From: Gammaproteobacteria bacterium
GTDB lineage: Bacteria; Pseudomonadota; Gammaproteobacteria; G965209235
Assembly: GCA_965209235.1 (NCBI GenBank)
Contig: OZ242382.1
Location: 10,613-74,612, forward strand
Length of the DNA stretch: 64,000 nucleotides
Direction of reading: 5' to 3'
Under the pieces are notes generated by a model. It did not search any database, was not told where the DNA came from, and saw only the letters and a list, made by a program, of their open reading frames with translations. Below are positions 1 through 8,575 of this stretch, piece by piece (position 1 is the first letter of the stretch; each line of letters begins with the position of its first letter). A program made the position numbers and the translations under genes.

Positions 1-1
1 C

Positions 2-943
2 ATTGATATTTCAAGGATTGCGGACAAACACACAGAGGAAGCCGGGCTGTCGTTGATTGACCTCTTTGACTCCGTGCGCATTGCCACGCAACCCAAAGAC
101 GAACCATCTGCCATGGTTGGGTTTCACTTACTTGAGCCGGCAGATACCGGTGAACCTGCAGATGATGAAGCACAAACACCGGACACGCCTCTCACATCTC
201 GCACATGGTTTCGCCCCCTTCCAGACTCGAAGCTAACGTTCCGTACGCTCGAACGATCGCTAGATGCGCACGCTGGCATCACACCCTTGACCGTCCTCGG
301 GTGGGATCAACCGCGGGTGGCCATTCATGAAGCGCCGGCGATTGTGCTGCACGGAGAAGTCAGTGTTGAGAGCGCAGGACGAACATATATTCATCGATTA
401 ACGGGCTTAATCCAGTTGCACTCCCGCGGGTTTGATCACGTGCGCATTCACGCATGGCACCACGTCTATGAGGTGGACCCAATTTTCCCCCAAATGCCTG
501 AACCACTAACGTACTCGTGGATGCTGACAGATGTGGGTGACTTAATTCATGCGTCTCGCATCCAGACCCTCGTAACCAGAGCCTTGGAAGCATCAGGCGA
601 TCGCGAAGGGGACCCAAAGACCGGACTGACGATCGCTCAAACGACAACCGACCTTGGCACATACGTATCTCGATTGTTGCGTGACCCATCGTTTGAAACG
701 ACACTCAATCTGATGAAACGGACCGACGAGCCTTCGGTGGCTCGCGAAACCCGCCACAGCAAGCGCGCCCAACTTTTCCCACAGGACGCCAATGCGACGG
801 TGACCTTCGAACTCCACGCCGAGCGTCGCGTGCGAGATGGGGATGTCATTTATTTCGATCATCCGATGTTTGGATTTCTGATTGATATCCAGTACTTGGC
901 ATCCGAACAGCCATCATCACCCACAGCATCCCAAACGCCGTAG
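2..943 (+). CDS. CsiV-family peptidoglycan-binding protein, 5'-partial
   Basis: Frame is open from position 2. C-terminal 'ERRVRDGDVIYFDHPMFGFLIDI' resembles the recalled CsiV RR.R.GE..Y.DHP.FG.L motif. Confidence 0.6.
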   Translation: MDISRIADKHTEEAGLSLIDLFDSVRIATQPKDEPSAMVGFHLLEPADTGEPADDEAQTPDTPLTSRTWFRPLPDSKLTFRTLERSLDAHAGITPLTVLGWDQPRVAIHEAPAIVLHGEVSVESAGRTYIHRLTGLIQLHSRGFDHVRIHAWHHVYEVDPIFPQMPEPLTYSWMLTDVGDLIHASRIQTLVTRALEASGDREGDPKTGLTIAQTTTDLGTYVSRLLRDPSFETTLNLMKRTDEPSVARETRHSKRAQLFPQDANATVTFELHAERRVRDGDVIYFDHPMFGFLIDIQYLASEQPSSPTASQTP

Positions 944-1008
944 TCGATGCGCATTAGCCGGCAAATGTGATTCCTTAGAATCACGAGCGGCTCTGTCTCC
1001 AAACGCTG

Positions 1009-3156
1009 ATGCCTCAAGCCCCAGCACTTCTCGTTGCGATGGCACTGTTTGTCACCGCGTGTGGGACAGCACATGTCTCCAATTCTGAGCCTGGGCCACC
1101 CGCGCCTACACCAGCGCCTCCAAGCGGCGGCGGTGGTGGCGGTGGCGGCGGAACAGCCTTGAATTGTCAAAGTGCAGGCACGACCCAATCCGGCACTACC
1201 TATCAGCCACGGTCATTCATACCCAACTGTTACCAACAATTCCTCGCTCGAGTCGATGACGCTCGGACAGCCAGTCAGATACCGAGTGGCTCTCGAGGCC
1301 GGACAATCATCGTCGATGAATTTGTTGACATCGATGGGGAACCTGCCACAGCGCTCAACCTGCGAAACCTCTTCCCAACCCTGAGTTGGGTGACAACCTC
1401 GCTTTCAGCCTTTCCGTTCGCCGTATCGCAAGCAGCGCACGGTTGGCGGGTGAATCAGTCATGGGAACTTGCCAGCATCGAAGGCTTGGCCCCTCAAGCG
1501 TTCGTTCAAGTCGTTCCCAGCACCAGACTTATGGGCGGCGTACCCACGCCGACAGGTAGCTTCTTCATCGACCCGTCGGACACCCTTGCTGCATGGCAAG
1601 CTGGCGTTGAAGCGAACCCGTTATTTGACGACACAACACAACTGGCCAATACGACGGCCATCGTCAATATCTCTGCGACCGGTGGGTTTCGCAGTTATTT
1701 GGAGCTGGCATTTACGGCGTCGCGGTCCAATGTGCAAGCGCGCGGTCAGTCATTCGACTTCATCCTGACGGTGGCCGCTCAAAACGGTGATCGCGCACAG
1801 TCACCAGACTTCCGCGTGTTGCCAACGGTGCACTCATCCGCACTCCCCACCTCCGTCGCAAACTCGTTGTCTGAGACATCCGGGCATCTTCGTATTGTTC
1901 CAAGAGCAGGGTCGACGATCCGCGAGCTCGCCATTCATCGAGAGGTGGATGACTTCATTTCTGCCCTCGACACCATGACGTTAGAGCAAATTGCGCGATC
2001 TCCCTCGGTGACAACGCAAGACCCACAGAGCTGGCAGCAATTTATTGATGCCAGCAGTGCATCCTCGCTTGTCGTCGAAGCTCTGAATGAACTCAACAGC
2101 CTCTCCATTGAGTTTCCCAATCTCACAAACGGCCGTTTAACCAACACCACCGTGCTTGCCGGCTTGGCAGAGTTAGCACTGGCCGCGCGCGGCGATCGCT
2201 TCTTAGTGGTCAGTCACTTGAATCCCGCTGGCAATGGCCCTGAATGGGGAAATGCCTGTACTGTCACCCGCGATTCTTGTATTTTTGTGTCATATCTGGC
2301 CAATGGCACGAGCTTTGCGGCTCCTCGTGTCGCCGCTGCCATCGACCACTTGTGGCTGTTGTGGCCATCACTCAGTCGGCGTAGCGTTCTGGATTTGTTG
2401 TTCGGCTGTACCTCTGATATCGGAGCCTCTGGTGTGGATGGGGTGTACGGCCAAGGACTGCTGGACTTCGGCGGGACCGGCGGCGAATGCGTCTTCAGTC
2501 CTAACGGCGCATTGCGCGATCCCACCTCCGGAAGCGTCACCGCTGGTGCTTTATCTTTGAGCGGGACATCTGAGTCGGCGTACCGCCCTATTGACTCATT
2601 CGGACGCGACTTCTCCTACACGGTTGTTTCTCCGAACGCAGTGCGGGCCAGTTGGGAAAAAGCCTCTGTCTCCGGTGAATTGCTCAGCGCGAGCCGCATG
2701 ACCTTGCACGCCGGTGCGGGCGAGGGGTTCGGTTCGACATGGCTGCAGTTTGCTTTGGGATCGATCCAAGTCCAACTAGAAATGCGCTACGAACCCGATG
2801 GCTTGCTGGGCGCATTGGGCAGCGGCTCTTTCCAACTCTCAGATGGTCTCAGCTTGGCCTCCTCATTTTCGTGGAATCGGCAGCTCTCAGATTCATGGCG
2901 TTTCTCCGCCGAAATCGGCCACGCCATCGGATCCGCCCAAGGAGCTCAAGGCAGCATCATCCAGGATATTTCTCTGGAACTCTCCCAAGTGAAGGTGACA
3001 TTTGACTGGCAAGTGCCGGATGCCATGTGGGGCATTCAAGCGTACGCATCCTGCAATACAGGTCAAACAGGTCAAGCATTCCTGCCCTCTGCAGCGATTG
3101 CCATCCAGGGGTTGTCATCGTGTTCATCCAATGCGCGGGTTTCTCGCCGCTTCTAA
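1009..3156 (+). CDS. Lipoprotein S8 (subtilisin-like) serine protease with probable C-terminal outer-membrane beta-barrel, copy 1
   Basis: Lipobox VTAC; Pro/Gly linker; candidate D103 (IIVDE), H144 (AHG), oxyanion N259 (AAQNG), S435 (GTSFAAP); 'D.G..GVD.VYGQGLLD' S8 C-terminal motif; beta-rich tail ending in Phe. Confidence 0.75.
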   Translation: MPQAPALLVAMALFVTACGTAHVSNSEPGPPAPTPAPPSGGGGGGGGGTALNCQSAGTTQSGTTYQPRSFIPNCYQQFLARVDDARTASQIPSGSRGRTIIVDEFVDIDGEPATALNLRNLFPTLSWVTTSLSAFPFAVSQAAHGWRVNQSWELASIEGLAPQAFVQVVPSTRLMGGVPTPTGSFFIDPSDTLAAWQAGVEANPLFDDTTQLANTTAIVNISATGGFRSYLELAFTASRSNVQARGQSFDFILTVAAQNGDRAQSPDFRVLPTVHSSALPTSVANSLSETSGHLRIVPRAGSTIRELAIHREVDDFISALDTMTLEQIARSPSVTTQDPQSWQQFIDASSASSLVVEALNELNSLSIEFPNLTNGRLTNTTVLAGLAELALAARGDRFLVVSHLNPAGNGPEWGNACTVTRDSCIFVSYLANGTSFAAPRVAAAIDHLWLLWPSLSRRSVLDLLFGCTSDIGASGVDGVYGQGLLDFGGTGGECVFSPNGALRDPTSGSVTAGALSLSGTSESAYRPIDSFGRDFSYTVVSPNAVRASWEKASVSGELLSASRMTLHAGAGEGFGSTWLQFALGSIQVQLEMRYEPDGLLGALGSGSFQLSDGLSLASSFSWNRQLSDSWRFSAEIGHAIGSAQGAQGSIIQDISLELSQVKVTFDWQVPDAMWGIQAYASCNTGQTGQAFLPSAAIAIQGLSSCSSNARVSRRF
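1126..1152 (+). repeat. GGN tract encoding a 9-Gly linker in subtilase copy 1
   Basis: ggc ggc ggt ggt ggc ggt ggc ggc gga, in frame after a Pro-rich stretch. Confidence 0.8.
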
Positions 3157-3248
3157 GTGAACTCTACGGGCGCATCAGTCTCAAACAGTGGGTCTGCCGC
3201 ACCAAACGTGCCTCGATACGCATGAACCCTGAAGCAACCTGTGCTGCG

Positions 3249-5375
3249 ATGGCTCGGCTATCTCAGGTCTTCGTGCCATGCTTTGTGGCCGGGCTATTCC
3301 TCGCTGCATGTGGGTCATCACCCTCAGCCGGACAACCAGCGCCGCCTGCGGGGGGTGCTGGGGACGGTGCCTTTGATTGCGAGAGTGTGGTCGTGGCAAG
3401 CTCGGGAATCGGCTACGAACCGAGCCGGGCCCTGCCTAACTGTTATCAACAATTCCTCGCGCGGGTTGACGACGCAAGGTCAAGAGGTGACTTCCCAAAC
3501 GGATCACGAGGACGAACGATCATCATTGATGACTTCGTGGACTTCACGCGGTACCCCGATACCACCAGAGATCTCGCTAATCTCTTTCCATCTAACGAAT
3601 GGGTCGCAATCACGTATGAAGATTTCCCATTCTTCATCCCAGAGTCAGCGCATGGACTGAATGTCCATCGTGCGTGGCAGCTTGCGAGCATTGAAGGGTT
3701 ACGCCCTCTCAGCTTGGTAGAGATCACCCCGCAATTCACTTTCACGAATGGAGTGCGCACACCGAGTGGAAACGGGTTATTTCGGTTTTCGGAGTCCCTT
3801 GAGGCATGGCGCCTTGGGGTCGAAAGTAACCCCTTGTTTGATGATCCATCGCAACTCGCCAATACCACCGCGATCATCAACCTCTCTTTTGGCGACGGCT
3901 TTCACTACTTCTTAGAGCTTGATGATCTGGCAAAAACCAGAACAGCCACTGCACGCAACAGAGGTTTTGACTTTTTGTTCGTCACCGGTGCGGGCAATGG
4001 TAGTTTCCCAGCCAGTGGGACTTTTCGCGTCTTGCCTTCACTATCAACCGCCGCGTTGTCACAAAGCACGGTCGAGACTCTCTCGCAGTCGGAAGGCCAC
4101 CTTCGACTCGTACCCCAAGATCGGGATGATGACATCAGCAATATTCATCTCGCCATTCCCCTGGTGGTTGACGATTTCATCGCGAGCCTCACCACGGAGA
4201 CGCTCGGACAGTTAGCCCGCTCGGGTGAGGTGACCGTGAGCGAACCACGAAGCTGGCGTACTGTGATTGATGAGGCGACCGTGGAAGCAAGCGTGGCTGA
4301 ATCGCTGGACGCTTTGCAAGGGATCGAAACCCTTGATCGCATCCCGGAAGCCAACCGGACAGGTCGATCCTCGGTGCTATCGCTGCTCGCCGAATTTGCA
4401 CTGATGGCGCGCGGCGACAGACTGCTGATCGTCAGCCACCTGAGAGCCGATGGCCGTAGGCGTTTTGGAAATGTGTGTGCGGTTGCTCGGGATGCCTGTA
4501 TCTATCTGCCCTACCTCGCTGACGGCACCAGCTTCGCGACACCGCGTGCGTCAGCAGTCATCGATCAGCTATGGCTCCTTTGGCCGTCACTGACGCGGCG
4601 TGATGTCCTTGATCTCTTGTTCGGATGCACAGAGGACCTGGGTCGACCTGGCATTGACGGCGTTTTTGGCCAAGGGTTACTGGACTTTAGCGGGACCGGC
4701 GGTGCGTGCGTGTTTACGCCAACAGGAACCTTGCGTGATCCGACAACGGGCAACGTGGCATCAGGAGCCTTGGCGCTGAGTGGAACATCAAGCTCTGCCT
4801 ATCTCCCCGTGGATGAATTTGCGCGTGACTTTCCGTACTCGGTCGTCTCCCGCAACACGTCATTGGCTGGCTGGGCAGAAGCGACGGTATCAGGCAAGCT
4901 GATGGGGTCTAACCATATCGCGCTGTATGCGGGTGGCGGGCATGGCTTTGCCGCCGCGTGGGTTGAATTCCATCTGGGGTCCATCATCGCGCAACTGGAG
5001 CTACGACATGAGCCAGATGGACTGTTGGGAGCACTGGGCAGCGGCTCTTTTCAGCTTTCTAACGGGCTGAGCCTCGCGTCTCGCCTGTCATGGGCGACAC
5101 AGATCTCCGATTCCCTGCAGTTCGTTGCCGAAGTAGCACACGCCGTTGGATCAGCAGACGGGGCCCAGGGTAGCATCATCCGTGACATTGATCTCGCGAC
5201 ATCGCACGTGAGATTGGCGATGGAATGGCAGTGGCCGGGGTTAGGTTGGGGAATTCACGCCTACGCCACATGCCATACAGGCCAATCTGGGGATGTCGCG
5301 TTGCCATCAACATCGCTCACTGTGCGCGGTCAGTCGTCATGCTCAACCAACGCCAGTCTCTCGCGGCGCTTCTAA
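3249..5375 (+). CDS. Lipoprotein S8 serine protease with probable C-terminal beta-barrel, copy 2 (tandem paralog)
   Basis: Likely start ATG 3249 (MARLSQ...LAAC lipobox) inside ORF 3027..5375. Motifs IIIDD, AHG, GAGNG, GTSFATP. Shares blocks with copy 1 (NCYQQFLARVDDAR, QLANTTAI, EPDGLLGALGSGSFQLS, final SRRF). Confidence 0.75.
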   Translation: MARLSQVFVPCFVAGLFLAACGSSPSAGQPAPPAGGAGDGAFDCESVVVASSGIGYEPSRALPNCYQQFLARVDDARSRGDFPNGSRGRTIIIDDFVDFTRYPDTTRDLANLFPSNEWVAITYEDFPFFIPESAHGLNVHRAWQLASIEGLRPLSLVEITPQFTFTNGVRTPSGNGLFRFSESLEAWRLGVESNPLFDDPSQLANTTAIINLSFGDGFHYFLELDDLAKTRTATARNRGFDFLFVTGAGNGSFPASGTFRVLPSLSTAALSQSTVETLSQSEGHLRLVPQDRDDDISNIHLAIPLVVDDFIASLTTETLGQLARSGEVTVSEPRSWRTVIDEATVEASVAESLDALQGIETLDRIPEANRTGRSSVLSLLAEFALMARGDRLLIVSHLRADGRRRFGNVCAVARDACIYLPYLADGTSFATPRASAVIDQLWLLWPSLTRRDVLDLLFGCTEDLGRPGIDGVFGQGLLDFSGTGGACVFTPTGTLRDPTTGNVASGALALSGTSSSAYLPVDEFARDFPYSVVSRNTSLAGWAEATVSGKLMGSNHIALYAGGGHGFAAAWVEFHLGSIIAQLELRHEPDGLLGALGSGSFQLSNGLSLASRLSWATQISDSLQFVAEVAHAVGSADGAQGSIIRDIDLATSHVRLAMEWQWPGLGWGIHAYATCHTGQSGDVALPSTSLTVRGQSSCSTNASLSRRF

Positions 5376-8300
5376 GCGTCAAACTCCACATGGAGCAGTT
5401 TTCCCACGGCTGTGGAATAAATCGCACACTGAACGGACACAACATCTGGTAGCACGGCCGTCATGGCGTCGCCATAGCGCTGCAATTGCGCGGTATGGTC
5501 GCGCTTCAGCGTGTCTTCAAACCCTTCAATGTTGGCGCCATCAACAGGGAGATCAGACTTGTAGTCGATGATCCAGCACACGCCATCATCAATAAAGACC
5601 CGGTCAATGCGATGCACCGTCCCATCCGACGATGTCAGTTCATACTCGCGCTCATCCAGTCCTTCCGAGTGAACGGACAAAATCCACTTCAAGACGGGAT
5701 CGCTCTTGATATGCACCACCGTATCAACCACGTCGCGCGCCATCGCGTCGCGATCATCCTCTGCGCAGCCAACCGTTCGCAGCCGTGCATGGGCGGCCGT
5801 CAGCAAATCTGCCCGATCCGGTAGCGCGAGTAAGGTTGTCTCCGTCATCTTGGACAACCACTCGTGAATCACGGTACCTCGAGATCGCGGGCCAAAATCT
5901 AGGTCGATGCGCTTGGGTTTGTCAGTCCGTTGAGGCGGAAGGCCCGTAAGTTCAATCGGTGTGGCTCGTTGCCACTTCCGTGGTCCCGCTGATGGGCGTT
6001 GAGACATCTCTGCCGCATCGTCGCCACTCGGTTGGTGCTCTTCCATCCGCTCAACGATATGTGCGAGAACTTGAGGACCGTTTTTACTTTTAGGCACAGC
6101 TAACACCCACAATCGCTCTCGCGCTCTGGTGCAAGCGACGTACAGCAGACGGATAGCCTCAGACAGCAAACGCGCTTTCGTCACCAGTTTTTGATACTCC
6201 CGCATGGTGTTGTCTTCACCAGCTTGGCTGGGCAAAAACTCCCTCAAGCTGCGTTCACGGCGGAAAGGCACCTCCAAGTCCTCCAAGCTTACGCTTTTTT
6301 CTGACTCTTCCCAGACAATCACATCATCCCACTCAAGTCCTTTGGCCGCGTGAATCGTCATCGCTTCAATACACGGGGTGCCTGCATCAGAGGGCGGCAA
6401 AAAATACCCCTTGTCGAGCAAGACATCCAGGCGATCGCCCATCCACTCGGACGGACAAACGCGCGCCGCATCAAAGTACGCTTCGAAACTGACCTTATCA
6501 GTCGCTAGCCCAGGCTGGCTGCTGACGGGGCTGGCAACTTCGCGCTCGACCACCTGCCATGCGGCGCGCAGCGCGGCATCTCGTGCCCCTGAATGCTGGG
6601 TGAATGCTGACATCGCATGTTCAATCACCTGATAGTCGCGGTGACCCTGGGACGCCAGCCCTCTCAATAGGTCGCCATCGGCATGGTCAGCACAAACAGC
6701 GAACTCCTGCGCTGACCACCCAAACACGGGTAACCGAAGTAAGCAGGCCATCGCGACACCGTCCATCTCATCGACACAAACCCGGTGCAGAGCGTGCAAG
6801 GATTGAATCGCGATAGAAGCGGCAATCTTCCCGCCGCCAACACCCAAACGCAGATCGATGCCGCGCTCCATCGCTACCCGTAAAAGCGGCTCGACACTAT
6901 TCTTTGTCCGATACAGAATAGCTGCTGTTCGGTTCTGGGCGATGCTCGCCTTGAGCTCCTGTAAAGCATAGCGCGCGGCCCCAACACGCGCCGCAGCGAT
7001 ATTGCCATACCCTTCCTTGAAACGAATAACCGGAATCGTTTGATAGTCTTTGCACTCTTGCCCCTGTCCTTTCGACAGAAGAGGCTCGTTGAGGTGCGCC
7101 CAGTTATTGGTATCAAACGTCTGCGGCCCCAGCGCCCGATCGAAACTGCTCCGTGGCACCCTGCACAGTTCGCCGACGTCTTGAACGAGGCGGTCATGAG
7201 TCCGGAAGTTGCATATCAGTGTTAAGTCACGGGCCCCTAGTCTGGCCTTGAACTCACGTCTGGCATCATCAAATACCGTTTCTTCAGCCCCGCGCCACGC
7301 ATACACGAGTTGCATCTCATCGCCGACCGCAAAAAAGGTGCGTCCATCGCCAGGCACCCATCCTTCTGTCAGAGCGAGCAATGTACGGTACTGAGCGCGT
7401 GAGCAGTCTTGAAACTCATCCACCAAGAGATGGCGAATGCGCTCCCCCACCTCGAGGCCCTTATCCTCCGGAAATCCTGTGCCGCCGACCGCAGACAGCG
7501 CAGCGATCGTGCGCGCTGAGTGATCCACTTCGCCGCGATCCAACATTTCCCAGTCCATCGCTGCGAGGAGGCCACGCCAGACCTGATTCCAAGCCACAAT
7601 AGCCGGCGCGGCGACCGCCGCCGTGACTTCAGTTGTGGTTGGGAGCCTTACTGTCATCAAGGCCAGCATGCCATCCACGCTGGCGGGATCAATCTCGTGG
7701 CCACGAATCAGCAAATCAAAAAGAACCCTGACCGCTGGCGGAGCTTTCTTCGCACAGACCTTGCGAAGCCGGTATGCCTTGGTGGCGATCCATCCCATTA
7801 ACTGCGCGACACTGCCGGCAGCCTGAATGGCTCCTTCGACTTCTGCAATCTCAATACCCAGCGACTCTGCCGCCTGATCTCTTCCATAGGTAAGGCGTTT
7901 GTCAATCGATCTGAAGTAAGCGACTGTGCTATCCCCTGCCGATCCGTCCTGCATCTCAGCAAAGTCAATCGCCCACGCTGCACGGGCCAAAATTCTCTGC
8001 ATTAACCAATCGGTCAACTTTGAGAGATTGCCATGAAACGGTGCGGCAAGCGCCTCTAAGATGGCGCTCGCACCTGCCGCATCTGTTGATAAAAAGGTCG
8101 GGGCTTCGTTCATGAAGCGGCGCGCCCCAGCGAGTGCCAATCCCGCAAGATCGCTGGCGACGGGACGCCCGGTCACAATCGGATTCGACCCCACGATGTT
8201 GCAGATGCTGCCGCTTAAGGAGTCCAGCGTCATCACCCGCAGTCGCTGAGTGTTGCGATCAAGCGCCCACTTCCGCACGTGTTCATGTCGGATGGCTTCA

Positions 8301-8575
8301 CAGGCCGCTTGATATTCCGGTTCAGACGTGTTGGAGCGATGCTGCTTCGCCGCATCGATGAGCGCCGATGACACCCGCTGGCGCATCTCGTTGGCGGCTT
8401 TCACCGTAAAAGTCGTGCACACCAAGTCCTCGGGATGCTCAACCACAGGGAGAAGATGAAGCATACGCGCGACAAGCAGGGATGTCTTTCCTGCCCCCGC
8501 AGGCGCTCGCACAATTGCGCTGAGATGAGGCGATACGGCCTGACTCCTAGCCTCTTGATCCGGAAGCGATCTCAT
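5372..8575 (-). CDS. addA: AddA-like UvrD helicase with PD-(D/E)XK nuclease domain
   Basis: Walker A APAGAGKT, LVDEFQD, VGD..Q.VY.WRGA, MTIHAAKGLEWD, RLLYVACTRARE; C-terminal RIDRV...IIDYKS...QLQRY. Confidence 0.85.
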   Translation of the reverse strand: MRSLPDQEARSQAVSPHLSAIVRAPAGAGKTSLLVARMLHLLPVVEHPEDLVCTTFTVKAANEMRQRVSSALIDAAKQHRSNTSEPEYQAACEAIRHEHVRKWALDRNTQRLRVMTLDSLSGSICNIVGSNPIVTGRPVASDLAGLALAGARRFMNEAPTFLSTDAAGASAILEALAAPFHGNLSKLTDWLMQRILARAAWAIDFAEMQDGSAGDSTVAYFRSIDKRLTYGRDQAAESLGIEIAEVEGAIQAAGSVAQLMGWIATKAYRLRKVCAKKAPPAVRVLFDLLIRGHEIDPASVDGMLALMTVRLPTTTEVTAAVAAPAIVAWNQVWRGLLAAMDWEMLDRGEVDHSARTIAALSAVGGTGFPEDKGLEVGERIRHLLVDEFQDCSRAQYRTLLALTEGWVPGDGRTFFAVGDEMQLVYAWRGAEETVFDDARREFKARLGARDLTLICNFRTHDRLVQDVGELCRVPRSSFDRALGPQTFDTNNWAHLNEPLLSKGQGQECKDYQTIPVIRFKEGYGNIAAARVGAARYALQELKASIAQNRTAAILYRTKNSVEPLLRVAMERGIDLRLGVGGGKIAASIAIQSLHALHRVCVDEMDGVAMACLLRLPVFGWSAQEFAVCADHADGDLLRGLASQGHRDYQVIEHAMSAFTQHSGARDAALRAAWQVVEREVASPVSSQPGLATDKVSFEAYFDAARVCPSEWMGDRLDVLLDKGYFLPPSDAGTPCIEAMTIHAAKGLEWDDVIVWEESEKSVSLEDLEVPFRRERSLREFLPSQAGEDNTMREYQKLVTKARLLSEAIRLLYVACTRARERLWVLAVPKSKNGPQVLAHIVERMEEHQPSGDDAAEMSQRPSAGPRKWQRATPIELTGLPPQRTDKPKRIDLDFGPRSRGTVIHEWLSKMTETTLLALPDRADLLTAAHARLRTVGCAEDDRDAMARDVVDTVVHIKSDPVLKWILSVHSEGLDEREYELTSSDGTVHRIDRVFIDDGVCWIIDYKSDLPVDGANIEGFEDTLKRDHTAQLQRYGDAMTAVLPDVVSVQCAIYSTAVGKLLHVEFDA

